A stretch of DNA of 64,000 nt from Setoptus koraiensis (GCA_048013815.1 CM106586.1:18104001-18168000), one strand, 5' to 3'. Positions 1 through 14,324 are shown, counted from the first letter of the stretch. Made by a program: numbers and translations. The notes: a model not told the origin generated them from the letters alone.

Positions 1-1032
1 TGCTGTTGGCGTTGCTGTTGCATGCCGCCGTTAGTTGCAACACTTAGATAAATATATCCATCTATAAATATCTGTATCTGTCCATTTATGCGCCTGGCGT
101 GTGGGCCCACGGTTTTATATTGGAGTTGGCGCCAAACTGCGCTGTCCGAATTGTGCCGGCTCGACGAGCCACTCACCTGGGGCGACTATCATATGCTCGT
201 AGTCACTTGTTTGGATTATCGCCAGCCATCTAACTTGGCGGATCTGGCCCGAGATCTAAGTGGCTCGGTGGCTGGCCCCCTCCCCCCCGGTTTGGACGGG
301 CGAGATTTTCGCGCCACTCGCACCGGATTAAGATTGCTGTGGGCGTGTTGCATTATTTATCTACTTGCACTTATTTTTATTTATTTATTTATTTGAATAT
401 ACTTGGCCACGAGCACGACTCGTCAAATGCCAGATTAGCCATTTTGGGGCCAGTATTTGTATAGCGCATGCTACACAAAAACGCCAGCTTGCGTGAGGCC
501 CCGCCGGTGACTGCCGGCTGATAATTGATTGAGCAAACTAAAAATCGATCACGGCCACAGGCCAAAATTCAGGTGCAACATGTACGCATGACGTTTCAAT
601 ATTGTTGCAAATATCCGATGTGGGGCCCCGCGTTGAGCCAAGGCTGTTGGATCTGGTGGTTGGACTTGAGCTCTGGAAACGGCCTCACTGGCGCCGCCTG
701 ACGCTAATAACGGATGTGTCATGCGAAATGCAAATCAGCTGCTGCTTTTGGGGCCGGCCCGAAAGCCGTGCCCCATGTGCTGCCGAGTCGGTGGTGGGGC
801 CCCAAAAGTGAGCAGTCTATCGTAAGCTCATCGAATCATCATTCTTGCATTATCACTTCATCATAACAACGGATGAGCGCGTCACTTTCAGACGACACAC
901 ACACACCCATAGAGATTATGCCATATGTGAGGTGTTTGGATGGGGCCCAATCGACTTGGCAGCGCCGCCAAGTGATCAGCTGCTGATGAGATGCTGTCAT
1001 GGGCTATCGTCGGAGTGTCAAAATAGGCTGCA

Positions 1033-1090
1033 CATAGTGAGGCCGCTCATGGTGAGGCCGCTCATGGTGAGGCCGCTCATAGTGAGGCCG
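1033..1090. repeat. 15-bp tandem array (GTGAGGCCGCTCATR), about 3.8 copies
   Basis: Read directly. Confidence 0.9.
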
Positions 1091-1515
1091 TCGTTGACTG
1101 GCCATCGCTGCTGGCCGCATTATGCAAATAGAGGCCAGCGAGAGGGGATAAAAAATGTAGCGGGCGGCCGCTATATGCTATGCAATGACACTATCATGCT
1201 GTCACACTATCATGCTGTCATGTATACTAAATGCATACGCTCAACTTGTGCCGACACGAGCCAATCGAGCGCCACCGCGCGGGCATAATTGTCGGCCCAC
1301 ATCGGCGGGCCCCAATCATCGTGTTGTGCCCCGGCCAAACAACAATAGTTTGATAATACCCTGCCAATGGGGCCCATCGGCTGGCTAGTGCTTATGACGA
1401 CGATGCTACATGATCTGTCATTGGTTATGTATGGCAAGTATTGCATAATAGTGGCACTACTTTTGTGTATTATGTATGTAATACACACATACATAATAAG
1501 CGAGAGAGAGAGACT

Positions 1516-1547
1516 AGAATTTTATCCCCAAAAGGGGATAAAATTCT
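1516..1547. repeat. Perfect 14-bp inverted repeat with 4-nt loop
   Basis: AGAATTTTATCCCC-AAAA-GGGGATAAAATTCT. Confidence 0.95.
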
Positions 1548-4500
1548 TTTTGGGCCCCAGTCAAGTTAGCGGTTGCTAGGTGTTTATTGTGGCGGGCAAC
1601 CTTGAGAAACCGGCAGCAACCGGCAGTGAGCCAGTCAGCTAGCCAACAGTGGCACTTATCATGCCAACTAACGGCAACTTTCCGCTTCTCCATTAACCCC
1701 TTCCGTTTGGCTCTATCTCTCTGTGGGCTGTTGCCCCCCCCCCCGTTTTTTGGGCTGCCTGGCGCGGGTATCTTGCTTGCCGCGCTGTCATGGTTACGCA
1801 ATGTCATTACTTCTCGATTAAGCTAAACGTCGCCGGCTAAGCGAGCCGGCTTGGCGAGTTGTTGCCAAGATCGGTCGCCCCCTCCCCCGTTCGTTTCCAA
1901 TTGGGAATTGCGCGACACTTGCTACGCCAGCTCGCCAGCCTCACCAACGAGCTTTTGGCAAGGCGCGTCGCGCAAACGGATAAGTAGCGACTTGCAACTG
2001 AGCTGGCTATAACCAAATTACGCTTATCCGCCGTCGCCGCCGCCGTCGTCGTCGTCTCGACAACAACATTCGCGGCGACAACGACGTTCGCGGCGACAAC
2101 GGCATTCGCGGCAACAACAAATGCCGACACACAATCTAGGAAATCTTTTCCCATTTTCTCGGCACGCGCGCACACGTACAAGTAGACGAGTAGTTTATTC
2201 AATATACGACGCGAGGAATATTCAGCGCCTATTCCTTGGGCGCCCTCAATATTCACTCATGAATGAATATCCGTGAATAATTACAATCATACGTACGCAG
2301 CCATCAGTGAGCTCGGTGATCTTGTCCCGTCGCGCGCGGACCCCATTGCGTATTGTGTCCGACCATGAGTAGTCCAGTTGCATAAGTAGGCATGCTTTTA
2401 GCTAAATGGCCCCAGCCATGATGAATGCGGCCCACAGCAGGTTCGAATAGCCAATTTACGGGCTAGCTCGGGGCGCCCGTAAATATTATCCCAAGAGGGC
2501 GCACAATGTAATCACGTAATCCGTCCAGTTGGCGCACTTGCTGGCCCCATTTGGTAATTGAAATCATTGCTCGTTGTTGCATAATACATGTACATACCCG
2601 GCTCATTTGTGAGCCGGGCCAAACCATTTCGGTGCTCATCAGTGTATTTATGTCAGTTATGGCTCCGTCAACGAATGTCAACCAACACCATTTTCAACAA
2701 ACACAATCTATTTTTCGGCATGCATTTCCAGATATGATATTCTCGTGTTGTCTTGAGATTTGTTGACTTAGAGAGTGTCATCAAACGCCGGCGTGAAAAT
2801 GAATTCTTGTGAAAACGTCAACCAACAACCAATCGCATGACCATTGCGAAATATGCACCCCAAAGCCACCGAAAATACCGCAAATCAGCGCGCGACGATT
2901 GGCGTCAACGCAACTGGGGCTGCGATTAATTTTTTCAATCTAATCTCGGCGTCGGTCTCACCCACAATCTGCCAGACAGTGTACGGGGGGGGGGCGCAGT
3001 GTGAAAATTAATTTGCCCCCATTGACTGTTTTCTGACTGGTGCCGGTGCGTTCGCAGATCTGCCAACCAAATCAATGTTTGGGCGGCTTCGAATTTCGAG
3101 CTTCGAGCTTCGAAAGCGGCTTCTTGGCGTACAAAAGAGAGATTGTGATTCGGTTATCAATTCGGTTACCAGCAGCCAACAATAGCCTGCCACCGCTTAC
3201 ATAATCAATCAGCGCCCCAATGTGATTCGGGCGCATCAAGCGAGAGGGCGGCGTCGTTTGAATTGTGGCGCCTCAATATACGATTCAATATACCGATAAT
3301 AATACTATTGCGCAACTGTCCGACACTTGTGCTGTCACCGGCGCCAGCCAATGCCGGTGTATTTGTATAACCCGGCATGGGCACAACACAAAATGGGCAC
3401 ACACAAATGTGACACGAAATGGGGTATAATACGGCAGTATAATGTAAAATGGGGCCGCCCACACAATATATTGATTATATTGATTCGTTTGTCATAATAT
3501 CTGTATAATATCCTTGACAGGCGGTTTCGCAGTCGCGCCAGACTCAATTACAACAGCATGTAATGGCCGGTGCTTGCGGCCTCAATATTTTTTATCCCCT
3601 TAATCTAGTGGCAGTTATTTCGCCGGCCGAGTGGCCGAGGCTGCCGGCCAACAGCGACTTGTCTCAATGTCCGGCCCAGTTGCATCTAATGGAGATAAAT
3701 ATATCTCTATCGTGAGGGCGGACATAGAAGGCATTTCAAGTGGTCAATCCATTCAAGTGGTAAGCCCGGCTGAGATATGTGGGGGCGGCAATGTGCTTGT
3801 GTGCATAGCCAACATTTGTTTATGAATTGTCCGTGGCCATTGTTCCGGTTTCGCTGGTCGGCGGCCGGTGGCCGGTCGAATCGGAGACGCCGGGCCGGCC
3901 AAGAGATAGCGGCCAATGGCGAGCTCGTTAGTTTGCTCGGGGACTTTGCTCGTGCAGCGAGCTAAAATAATGCTCGTGTCACGAGCAGAAAAACATCAAG
4001 TTGTTGTTGATGTCACACACACACACACTCTATGGCCCATAGACTCTAAGGCTTATAGTATGGGTCATAATGGGCGGCCATTGGGCAAAAGTGTGGCCAT
4101 TAACTGTGATCTTTATGGAGCGGACAGCGGACAATCGGCTCGGAATTGATCCGAAATCCGGAACAATTGTAGCCTGATTTGCTGTGTAGTTGATGTTGTC
4201 GCTGCCAGACAGCCCTAAAAGGTGCCGCGTTACGTTACGTGAGAGCCCGTGCCAACTCACTCGCCCGGCGAGTTAATTAACTAAATTTGGGGCCCCTTGT
4301 TCTCGTGCTGGCCGCGTGCGCCATGTTGAGCGGGGTCCAGTTGCTAGCGACTTGAGCCTGGGCTGCGATCGGTGCGACTCACAACGCGACAGCCAGCGAC
4401 TGTCCACACCAATAACTTTGTCAATTCAATTTGTAGGCGCCCCAGACAGTCTTGCCAAGATCAGCTGTTGCTTGGTGTGACTAATATCAGGCGAGTTGCT

Positions 4501-4624
4501 CGTGTGTGACAATGCTCGCAGGGCTGACAGGGCGCCAGAGTTGCCAACATCAATTTGCGCCAACAGTGCGCCAACGGAGCTAGGTGCCGGCTCTTGTTCT
4601 GGCAGCGAGCAACGCGCACACACC

Positions 4625-4628
<4 letters not shown>

Positions 4629-4696
<68 letters not shown>
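4629..4696. repeat. (CA)34 microsatellite
   Basis: Read directly. Confidence 0.97.
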
Positions 4697-4698
<2 letters not shown>

Positions 4699-5467
4699 TA
4701 GATATACAATGACAAGTCTATATAAATATAAATATATTTATGTACGGCCGGCCTGGTTGGCTGCGATCCGGAATTGAATTATTATTTATACAGACACACA
4801 AACAAAATTTTTTCAATATTTATATATTTATTTATTCCACTCACACACGCCATGTGTTATGTGATACTATGGGCGCTATATCCATTTCATTGTGCGCTCG
4901 CTTATAGCGGCGGCATTTTCGCGCGTTTCAGCGCGGCTCGCTGGGGCCCCCCAACTGAAAAGCGCCGTTGTAAGCGTGCTATTATATCTATATCTACATC
5001 TATATCTTTGTCTAATGTGTATTGTCTATGTCGCACAATGGGGCCGGGCATTGTGTCTTTGTGCTGGCTCATTAAGTTGAAAAAGAGCCGATGATTGTCA
5101 ATGGGTGCCGATGGCATGGCAAAATCTATTATTGTTTAACGCACGACAACGACACCACTGACAACCGCACTTATTCCTCCCTCGCAGGCCCTTCATCGAG
5201 ACTACCAACTGTTACCGCTAATCCCTCACTCTATTTCCCGTCTCCCATCAAGCATGTTCTGATGGGAGAGCGACGAGGGGAAATGACGACGATAATTTTG
5301 TCTCCCATTTCATTTCTCATTTATTGCAAGCGGCGCGTTAGCGGCCCACATGACAGCGGCCACGCAACTGTCACAGTGGCGGCCACCCTTGTCGCAACAA
5401 TCAACAATACCTCCCACGAGGGGAGCGTCCAGGGCAACCAGGAAGCGGACAACAAAGAGCGCCACAT

Positions 5468-5533
5468 ATATACGCGACATATACGCGACATATACGCGAC
5501 ATATACGCGACGTATACGCGATATATACGCGAT
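5468..5533. repeat. 11-bp tandem array (ATATACGCGAC), 6 copies
   Basis: Read directly. Confidence 0.93.
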
Positions 5534-7312
5534 ACAAGAGGGAGATATATATGCGGAGATATGTGGAGAGAGAGAGAGAGGTTGCGTCCTCTCAACGAAG
5601 AATAACAGCCTAATTCGTTCAATTTTTTCGGTGCCTCAGTGGCGTTCCGTGAGCGAGTTGCGTTGATTCGAATCGCCGAGTGGAGTGTCGCGCCGGCGAG
5701 CTCGCCAAGATAATTGTGATGGGCCAGCGTGCGGCTCATAACTGACTCGCTGACTCGCTGCGCCGGCCGCAACTGCAACTCGGCCGCCTTACACGCCACA
5801 AACTAACGGCAACGGTAACAGTGAGATGTCAAGCAACGGGGGCCAGCAGCGAGCGCACTTTGGTCAAGATAATTTGTGGGCCCCCTAGTGAAGGCGGCCA
5901 GAATTGGGGCCACGCACGCACACAGCAAAGCGGGCGGCGGGCGGCGGGCAAAAGTGAGGGCGCAACAAACGGGGCCCGTGCTGGCAGCGGCCTAATGCTG
6001 TGACTACTGTGTATCAGAGGGAAATATGTATGTTATTGAATTATTGAATTGGTTTTATATCATCGCTAACAGCGTGAGCAGCAGTGAAAAATCAACAACA
6101 ACAAGTTGACATTCCTCTGCGAGCTGCCAGCTGCAAATGCTCGAGCGAGCCAGCCAGCGTTCGTTTAATTTGAAAATAATAGAGGCTTAGCCGAAATTTC
6201 GTGAATGGTCATCGTGGTGAGTGGTTAAAATATCATCATCATCTTGCCATAGCGGCCCAATCTTCCAATCCATCTAGTCGCCAGTGGGCCAGCAATGAAT
6301 TGAATGGCCCACTGGCAAGGCCCATTTGTACAATACACACACGCACACTTTTCGTTATAAAGTGCACAATCAAATTTCTGAGTGACATAATCACCAGGAT
6401 CGCGCTGTCGCGCGCCCTCTCTGGTTTCATGGGGCCCCTGCCAAGGGTGCGCCTATTAAACGGCAATTCTAGCCATTTCGGCCACTAGCTCGGCTAGTCG
6501 GCTAGCTCATTAGGAAGTGAGCGCGCGCGCTTCTTGTCGGCCCCACCAACGACTCAGCCGGCCAATTTCTCCAGCTCTCGATGCGCATCGCCCAAATATT
6601 GTCGCCACTGTCGCTCCATAAACTCTTCCGGTTCGATTCGGCCGCCCGAGCGACACCCAACACACAAGCCGGCCTATCTTTTCTCCGGCCAACTTGAGAC
6701 CTAATCTAGTCTGGGCTTTAAATGTCAGCCAGCTGACGAGAAATTTTTTTTTTCCCGACGCACCTAATTCCAAGCTCGAGGCGCCACATGAATAGCGCCA
6801 CATCCGGTTTGATTAATAGCCTTGGCTGCGAGTGGAAAGCATCGAAAATCGATAACAACTAGCTGCCAATGGCTCGCAAGAAAACAGTCCCAAGTAGCGG
6901 GTGGCGAAGCAAGTCCAAAGCGAGCCAAGATAGCAAAAACGATTCCAGATGGTCGCTGGTTTGGGGGGGGCCCCGCTTAAGAGCGCCAATTCATTTCCAT
7001 GTTGGCGCTTATTTCCATGTTGCTGCTGCATAGAAATGAATTGTCGCAAACAAATTAATATGAAACGGTTCTGAAATAACGAGCTGGGGCCAGATTGAGC
7101 AACAACGAGAAAAAAAGTTGTGACTCCAGGATCAATAACCGGCTGACAATATAATTAATTTTCAGTGTAAAAATAGCCACCAATCACACGGCTGTTCGAC
7201 TTAAAAATACCAATTCTTGGGCGCTGTTTCGTTTGGGGGCGCACTGGGCCGGCAGCCCGAAAACTGAGCTCGGGCATAGTTTGCTGACCGGCTTGGCGCA
7301 CTGCCGGCATGG

Positions 7313-7408
7313 CGGGAAAAATTTCGGGCCGGCAAACGGGAAAAATTTCGGGCCGGCAAACGGGAGAAATTTCGGGCCGGCAAGCGAGAAAAATTTCGGG
7401 CCGGCAAG
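7313..7408. repeat. 24-bp minisatellite (CGGGAAAAATTTCGGGCCGGCAAR), 4 copies
   Basis: Units start at 7313, 7337, 7361, 7385. Confidence 0.95.
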
Positions 7409-9979
7409 CGGGGCCTGCTCGGGCCATCTTGGCTCTACGGATACCTAGACAGTGCTGTGTGGTGCGCAATCGGCACGAGTGCCGCAAGTGCAGAAATACC
7501 CGAAGCTGGCAAATATGAAAATTGACTGGTTAGCCTGGCGGCGAGCGGCTGACGGGCCGGCTTGCGGGTCTAATCATCATCAATCATGCACGACAATCAA
7601 GCAATGTTGACCTCAAGTGCACGGACAAGAGCCACTTGCAGCAAGCGGGCGCAGTTTATTTATCGCGTGAACGTAACGGGTTGCACGGTTTGTTTTAGTC
7701 GCCGGGGCCGCTCCCTTTACCCGCCAGCAAGCTTGTTCTCGCTGGGTCGTCACATAAGGGAGCGCGGAGTTGAAATTGCAAATTTCGCGTCGGAGCTTGC
7801 AAATTTTCGCGCCGGCCGCGGCTTGTCGTTGCACTTTATACAACAGCGAGCATGTGATTGTCGCGCGAGGCGATTATTGTTCGTCGTCTTGTTGGTCTTG
7901 TTCGTCTCAGACTCGGTTATCTAGCTATTTTCGGCTGGCATGGACAGGGCGGCCTCGAGAGTCGCCACATCCGCGGATATATAAATAAAATATTGCTATT
8001 ATCAAGCGGGGCCTGCATGCTGTGCGGCGCCGACACGTCGAGGCGCGCCGAGACGCGCCGAGCGGCAAAGCGGTGACCGTGGGCCGGCGAAACATGGCGA
8101 CGAGATAGCGAACGAGAGAGGGAGAGGGAGCGAGAGGGTTGTGGGAGTGATACAAACATTTGCAGCAAGTGGAAATTGATTCGAGTGACTTTTCTGTCTG
8201 CCATCATCAGCTTGCCGCGAGCTCATCAATCATCGCACTAGACAACGCATCATCTGGCCCGATGGCCGAGCCGAGGCGCGCCTCAGCGAGTTGCGTAATG
8301 TTGTTGGCGCCGTTGTTGGCGCCGCTGAGTGAGTTAATGCATCACTGGCGCCCCATAATACATCATTAGGTGTTACCGCTATCAGGTGGCCGGCTAAGCG
8401 CCTCTCAATTTCTGTGTTCGCCAGTAAACAACTTTCTGGGCCGGCGCCCCACAATGGTTAACTTGTTAATCTCTTTTGTTTTGCTGCAACTCAATCACAA
8501 GTGTGCCTCTAAAATCCTCATACGATGCCAGCCTGCTCGGCCGGCTCGCCGATCCGCACTTGTTCGCCCCAGCAGCCCAATATATCACACACACACGGAA
8601 TATATTATTACTATATATATCGCATATATATATCCGATATATATATCGGATAATGTATATATATACACATTATCCGAGGACGGAAATAGTGCGCCAACTC
8701 GCGAGGAATCGGCCGGAATCGTGTGCGCGCTATGGGCCGCTATGGGCCGCTATGGGCCCAAAGTGTTGTTGGCCGTCGTCGACAGTGACATTAATCAAGT
8801 GGGCCGGCCGAGCCACAGTGCGATTGTTTGAGCGTATAAATCTGTCTATTTGCTTATATTTATATTCTAATCCGCTCGCCCGCCACGATCCATCCATCTA
8901 TCGACAGCAGCGACAACAACAACAACGATATCGCCAAATCCTCGCACCCTCACATCCTGTTCGCTGGACAGGCTACAACGGGATCAGTGTATAAGTGTAT
9001 AAGTGTGTTTCTGTAGGCCCGTCCGGGCCGGACTAGATTAGATTAGGCCGGCCCGCTGGCCGGATAGATTGCATTGGTGTGTCGCTCACTGGGCTCACTA
9101 GTGAACTAGCGAGTCACTAGTGACTAGATTAAACGCAATCACAACACGACGACTAAACGACGCGACGAGACGCGCCAGCGGATACACGCAATTTGACAAT
9201 TGCCGCCATGCTCGATGTCACTGTTCATGTACGACGTAACAGCCACAATTGGCCAGGCGTCTTGCCAATCGATCAAACATAAATTAGATTGAGGCTCGCT
9301 ATGGGTCGCCCGTTGTCTTGCCAGCTCACTCTAGGGCCCAGAGTGAGCTGGGGCCAGCCAATCATTGCGCGCGACAGTGACGATTGGCTCGCCAAACGTG
9401 TCTTGCCGGCGTCTTGTCGTGGGCCGCGCCAGCAACAACAACAGCCCGCTCTTAATAGGCTCGCTGGCATCCGAAATTCGGATTCCGAATCGATGCCCGA
9501 TCTACACCAAATTGGATGACGCAACCGCGTAGATTGGCCCGCCTGGCCATACATAAACGAAACGGGGCCCCCATGATCCATGGGCCATGAATGAGTAATA
9601 AGACTGCTGTGGCTGCTATTAGCTTGTATTGGTGTATGCAAACGATTCATCATCATCAATATGCTAATAATCTCAAGACGCGCACACACACACACACACA
9701 CACAATAGTACAATACAATAATGTCATTGGACCGCTGATTAGCAATAGTCATATCGATGCCCATTGTGGCGAGATAACCGATGGTTATCTCGACCCGTCT
9801 ACACACAGTTCGACAGCATCGGCATTTTCGCGGATTGGGGGCGAGTCGCAAATTCACAGTGTGACCCGTTGAGTCGCACGAGTCGAACCAACCATTCATG
9901 AGCAGTCGCCGTTGTTCGCCAAACCGGAAGCAGACCAAACACAGTCATACAGACCGCTGGCTGCTTGTTCCTGCCGCAA

Positions 9980-10059
9980 TCCAATTCTTCATTTCGGAGA
10001 CGCTTTCGAGGCCCGAAAAATCCAATTCTCCATTTCGGAGACGCTTTCGAGGCCCGAAA
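9980..10059. repeat. 41-bp tandem duplication, 2 copies
   Basis: TCCAATTCTYCATTTCGGAGACGCTTTCGAGGCCCGAAA at 9980 and 10021. Confidence 0.92.
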
Positions 10060-13000
10060 GTTGTTTCGTGTCCAAACATGCTAGCTGGCGAGCATGAGCC
10101 AAACCAGCATGAGCGGCCCATATAAATGCCCAACACCACGGCAGCGTCATTTGAATTATAAATTATTTATTATTCATTTATCATGGCTGCGTGACCGCGT
10201 GAACTTAACCGGGGCCCGCTTGTTATCTGCCATCTTGATTGGGGCGTAGGAGGCGGCACGAGGGCACAAGGGGCCCCCCTTGGCGTTGCACCGCTGATTG
10301 ACTCAATGGACTGTTGCAGTTATGAATTATAGAGGCGCTTAATTTAAAATAATTCACTAACAAGTGAACCAGTCACTCTTAAACTAATTAGCGGCATCTC
10401 GGGCGCTCCATCGGGCAACAGATGGAGCGGCTGTAATTGTGTTAATTTCTGGCTGCGATCGCAGCGAATGAGCGAAGGTTGCTTGGCCAACCAACCCAAC
10501 AAACCGAGCGCATGCGATGGGGGCGCCAATTTCATCAAAATTGTCTCGCGGCCGAGCGCTTGGTGGGCTTGGCAATATATTTACAATGCAAGTGTTACGG
10601 TTGCATTATGGCATGTTTATGTTATGCTGGCCCCACAAATAGTATTTATACGCACCGACTTGGCAGCTTGATTTGTATAATATGAGCGCAAGAGTTAGCG
10701 CGCTCCGAGCGAGTTGTTGGCAACTTGCCGGCACGAGATTCGCTTGGCTGGCTTAATTCACAGCAACGGGGCAAGTTGGGGCCCCAACTTGCTCGCTTCC
10801 ACTCATTTGCATTGTGTCGAGCATTGCGACGGCCAGATAACGGGCCACTGGAGCGGGCCCCCGGTTCATTGGCGTGCTGCACGCCGTGCAGTGTCAACGG
10901 CGACAGACAAACAATACAACACTGACTTGTGAGAGAACAGAGGGTTGCATTGCGTAATACAGTAAATACAGCGCGCGTAGCTCGTGCAAAATTGAGCCAA
11001 ATTTGCTATTGTGTGCCCCCGTGTCTTGCGCGTCTTGCAAGTTGCAACACACAAACTAATGTGTGCGTGTGCGCGTATCACGAGGCACGTTGTGCGCCAT
11101 TTCCGCCTCATTGAAGTCGCAACCTAGTGCGCACCTAGCGACCAATGGTGAGTGATTGATTTAGACGACGACGACGACGCCATCAGCAACAACGTGCCCC
11201 TCAAGTGCCACTTGTGCGATTGTTGTTGAGAGCGCTGGCCGGCCAAATTAATTTTGCGCCCCCTTTGTTTCGTCGCTGCAGTCAGTTTTCGTTGCTTGCA
11301 AGCATCTATGCAAACACCCATGCAAACATATACATCCAAACGTGTGTTGATATAGTATACGTTTCATGCACAATGCTGCACATTGTTATAATGGGCCCCA
11401 ACTGGCCGGCCGCGACATGTCCGACGATAGTTTGTTACGATGCATTATTATGCAGTAGCATCGTATGTGCGCAGTATGGCAATATTGCATAATGCTATTG
11501 CATAATAATGCCCTTGCTCGATGAGCATAAAGCAACCAAATTATTTATATCCGGCCGGCGTGTGCGTGCCCGACAAAATAAAGTCAGACTCAAATTTAAA
11601 TACACAAATGGCCGCACTGAATTACTGTATATCTGGCTGCCAGCATTATATATCTGGCGAGCTAGCCAGTATTTCGACTCGTTCGCTAAACAGTTAATGG
11701 CTGACAGCGGCAGCCAAGTGAGCAGGAAAATATGCAAAATAAAAGCAGCGCCAGCCTGCCGGCCGAACCACTGGCTAGCTTTTCTATCTGGCCACCAGAC
11801 ACCGTCTAGCGGACGAATAGCAAATTGTCCGGCGCCATCTCTGTGCTCGCAATGGCTCCGACCGTCCGAGTCCGACGTTCATTCGCCATCCATTCATGAC
11901 TATCGCCAAAACGGCAGGGGCCAAACATGCGATTCGCTCTCTCTCTCTCTCGCTCGATATATAATGCTGGCTAATGGCCCAAAGTCGCGTGAGGCCCCGC
12001 TCGACGCAAAAGAAATTTGATTGGGCCCAACAAGTCGGCCCACTACTTAGCGAAAGTCCGCCAATTCTGACACAGGCCCAGGTACGAGCTGCATGCCATA
12101 CGAGTCTGGCAAGGCCACTCTGCATAATAATATAATGACAATATTGACTGAAACAATAGCAAACATCAATGAGTTGTCAAGGCATGCGAGCTAGGCCACC
12201 ACTAACGGCAACGGGCATTTCTTGGAAACAGTACCACTGGTCGAGACATGCCAATTGGCCGTCGGAAATATCGCCCACTCGCTGGCTCGGCTGCAAACGC
12301 ACTGGTGACAGACTAGTGGATGAAAATATCCGACGAACGACACGAATTTCCAAGAAAAGAGAGAGCCATTGTTGCGCTGTCGAATTCAGTCAAAATTGAA
12401 TCGAGTGATGGATACGACAATTCAACAAACAAACAACAACAATATGATGACAAGCAGCCACTTATAATAGATCCAGCCCGATGACGGATGGCGATACTTT
12501 GGAGCTCGTATCAGTCCACCGCAATCAACTTTCGACTCTATTTGAGCCGCCAACTTTGCCGCTCGGCCGATCTATATCGAATAACAATCGATCTTATTAG
12601 GTAATGCCGATCCAATGTCAGTAAAGTCGCCGGTCAACGCTGCTCGGGCGACACTCGCAACACGGGCCACATACCTGGCCCGTGGCGGCAAACAATGGAC
12701 ACACACAGTTTCGACATGGACACGAAAATATGAAAAGAATTTTCATCTTTTCGCTCGATGAGAGTTTCAAGTTGCCGGCTGCCACTCCGGTCGCCGAATA
12801 GAGTGGGCCAAAGAGGTATTTGTGTGGCCAGAGTATAACGATGTGATCGTTACATTATGCCGCCAATGAAAAGTTTGTTGCAAATAAATCGATCGAAAAC
12901 TTCAGCTGAATTCTTTGTCAGAAAAACCCTTCTTTTTTTTCTTTGATACCGAGCGGAGTAAACGGAATTGTTGTCTCGTCTTGTAACAGCTTTTTGACTT

Positions 13001-14324
13001 GCCACGTGCGATAGTCGCACAACAGTAGCCAGTTGTGACAACGTCTGGCCAGATTCACCTGACTGACATAGACAGAGAGTAGTCGACAAATGGATACAAG
13101 CTGCGAGCGATAGTTCGCCCCGAGGCGTTGCTCGCAATAACTGATGTGAGTCGATTTTGCGACTATCACTCATATTATGTGGGCGAACAATGGATTTTCT
13201 CGCCAATTTTACAATCTTTCACACTGAAAAAGTGCGCCATTTTTCAGTTCCAACTTCGAACACACAGGCCACGCTGATTTCGAACAGACCAGACGTTCAG
13301 GCTGACTTGATTAATTGATTCGGAGTTCGCTACTTGTGATTGCATACTTAAGGGGCCCAGAAAAACTTTTTCACAGCAGACAGCTCAATGGGGCGACATG
13401 TTGCTCTCGAAAAAAGCCCAAGACAATTTCTTTGTGTCGGTGGTGTTGACTTTTCAGTCTCTCGAAATGCTCCGCTGCAGTCAGTTAAAAATATCCAAGT
13501 CACATTATTGTTGTGCACCCAATGCAAGAGTGATGAAGGTCTATTTTGGTTTCAACTTCCGTTCGTTTTCTTCGGGTCACGTGTGTCAGACGTGATCCGA
13601 AGAATCGTTCACTACTTTTTGCTGTCATCACGTAGGTCCTTTCGAGGGTCTACCGGCCTGATTTTTGCTCAATTTTGAGTTGTATTAAATTTCTCTTCGT
13701 TGTCGTTTGCATGAACGATGCAGGCCGCAAACCCGTTTCTATAAATAGATTTCTATATATGTCGCCAGCCATTACTTGTGTGTCATGTCTGCCTCTCTTG
13801 CATAATCAGCGGGCAGTCAACAATGGTAATTATTAGCATTATTGTTTGCATTGAGAGAGTAGGCACAAGTTTCAATAATTGCGCGCCCCTCGAAATTTCG
13901 ACGCTAATTTTGCCTTTGGTGAAATGAAAATGGCCTCAATAGGCCAGCAGAAAAAGTGCCTATGCCAGCAGTGTCAATAGGCCAAAAATAGGTGGCCAAT
14001 TATGTGTTCATGTTACCATCGATTTATCACACCAAATAGCAAAAGTAATAAAACAAGTTGATGCATAATTTTCGTTGCGTCCATTGTGTTGTTCCCTGCA
14101 AGCCAGCCAATTGTGTCTTGCCAATTGTGTCTTGCCATCCAGTCAGCTGGTCAGCTGGCGAGCTGGGACTTGGCAAACTGGCGCGAACACCATTAGTATG
14201 CTTGTTACGTATGCATGTAAACAATATTATTTGTTTGTTGTTATTTTATGATATTCAACCTATTATAATGTCTGTTTGCTCCAGTTACCCGACTCTCGTG
14301 TTAGTAACACCAGCAAAAGAAGTG

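Noticed and set aside
2440-2448. GGTTCGAAT tRNA T-loop-like word (also near 23700)
   Set aside because: No cloverleaf stems or A-box in context.
4426-4777. ORFs with (CV)n or (HT)n, and similar poly-V/L/N/T ORFs at 14-14.8, 20.4, 52, 56-57 and 62.7 kb
   Set aside because: Translations of CA/TG and GTT/GCT microsatellites, with no splice or homology support.
7915-7926. GGTTATCTAGCT, a 12-nt match to mature miR-9
   Set aside because: The seed differs and there is no complementary star arm or hairpin nearby.
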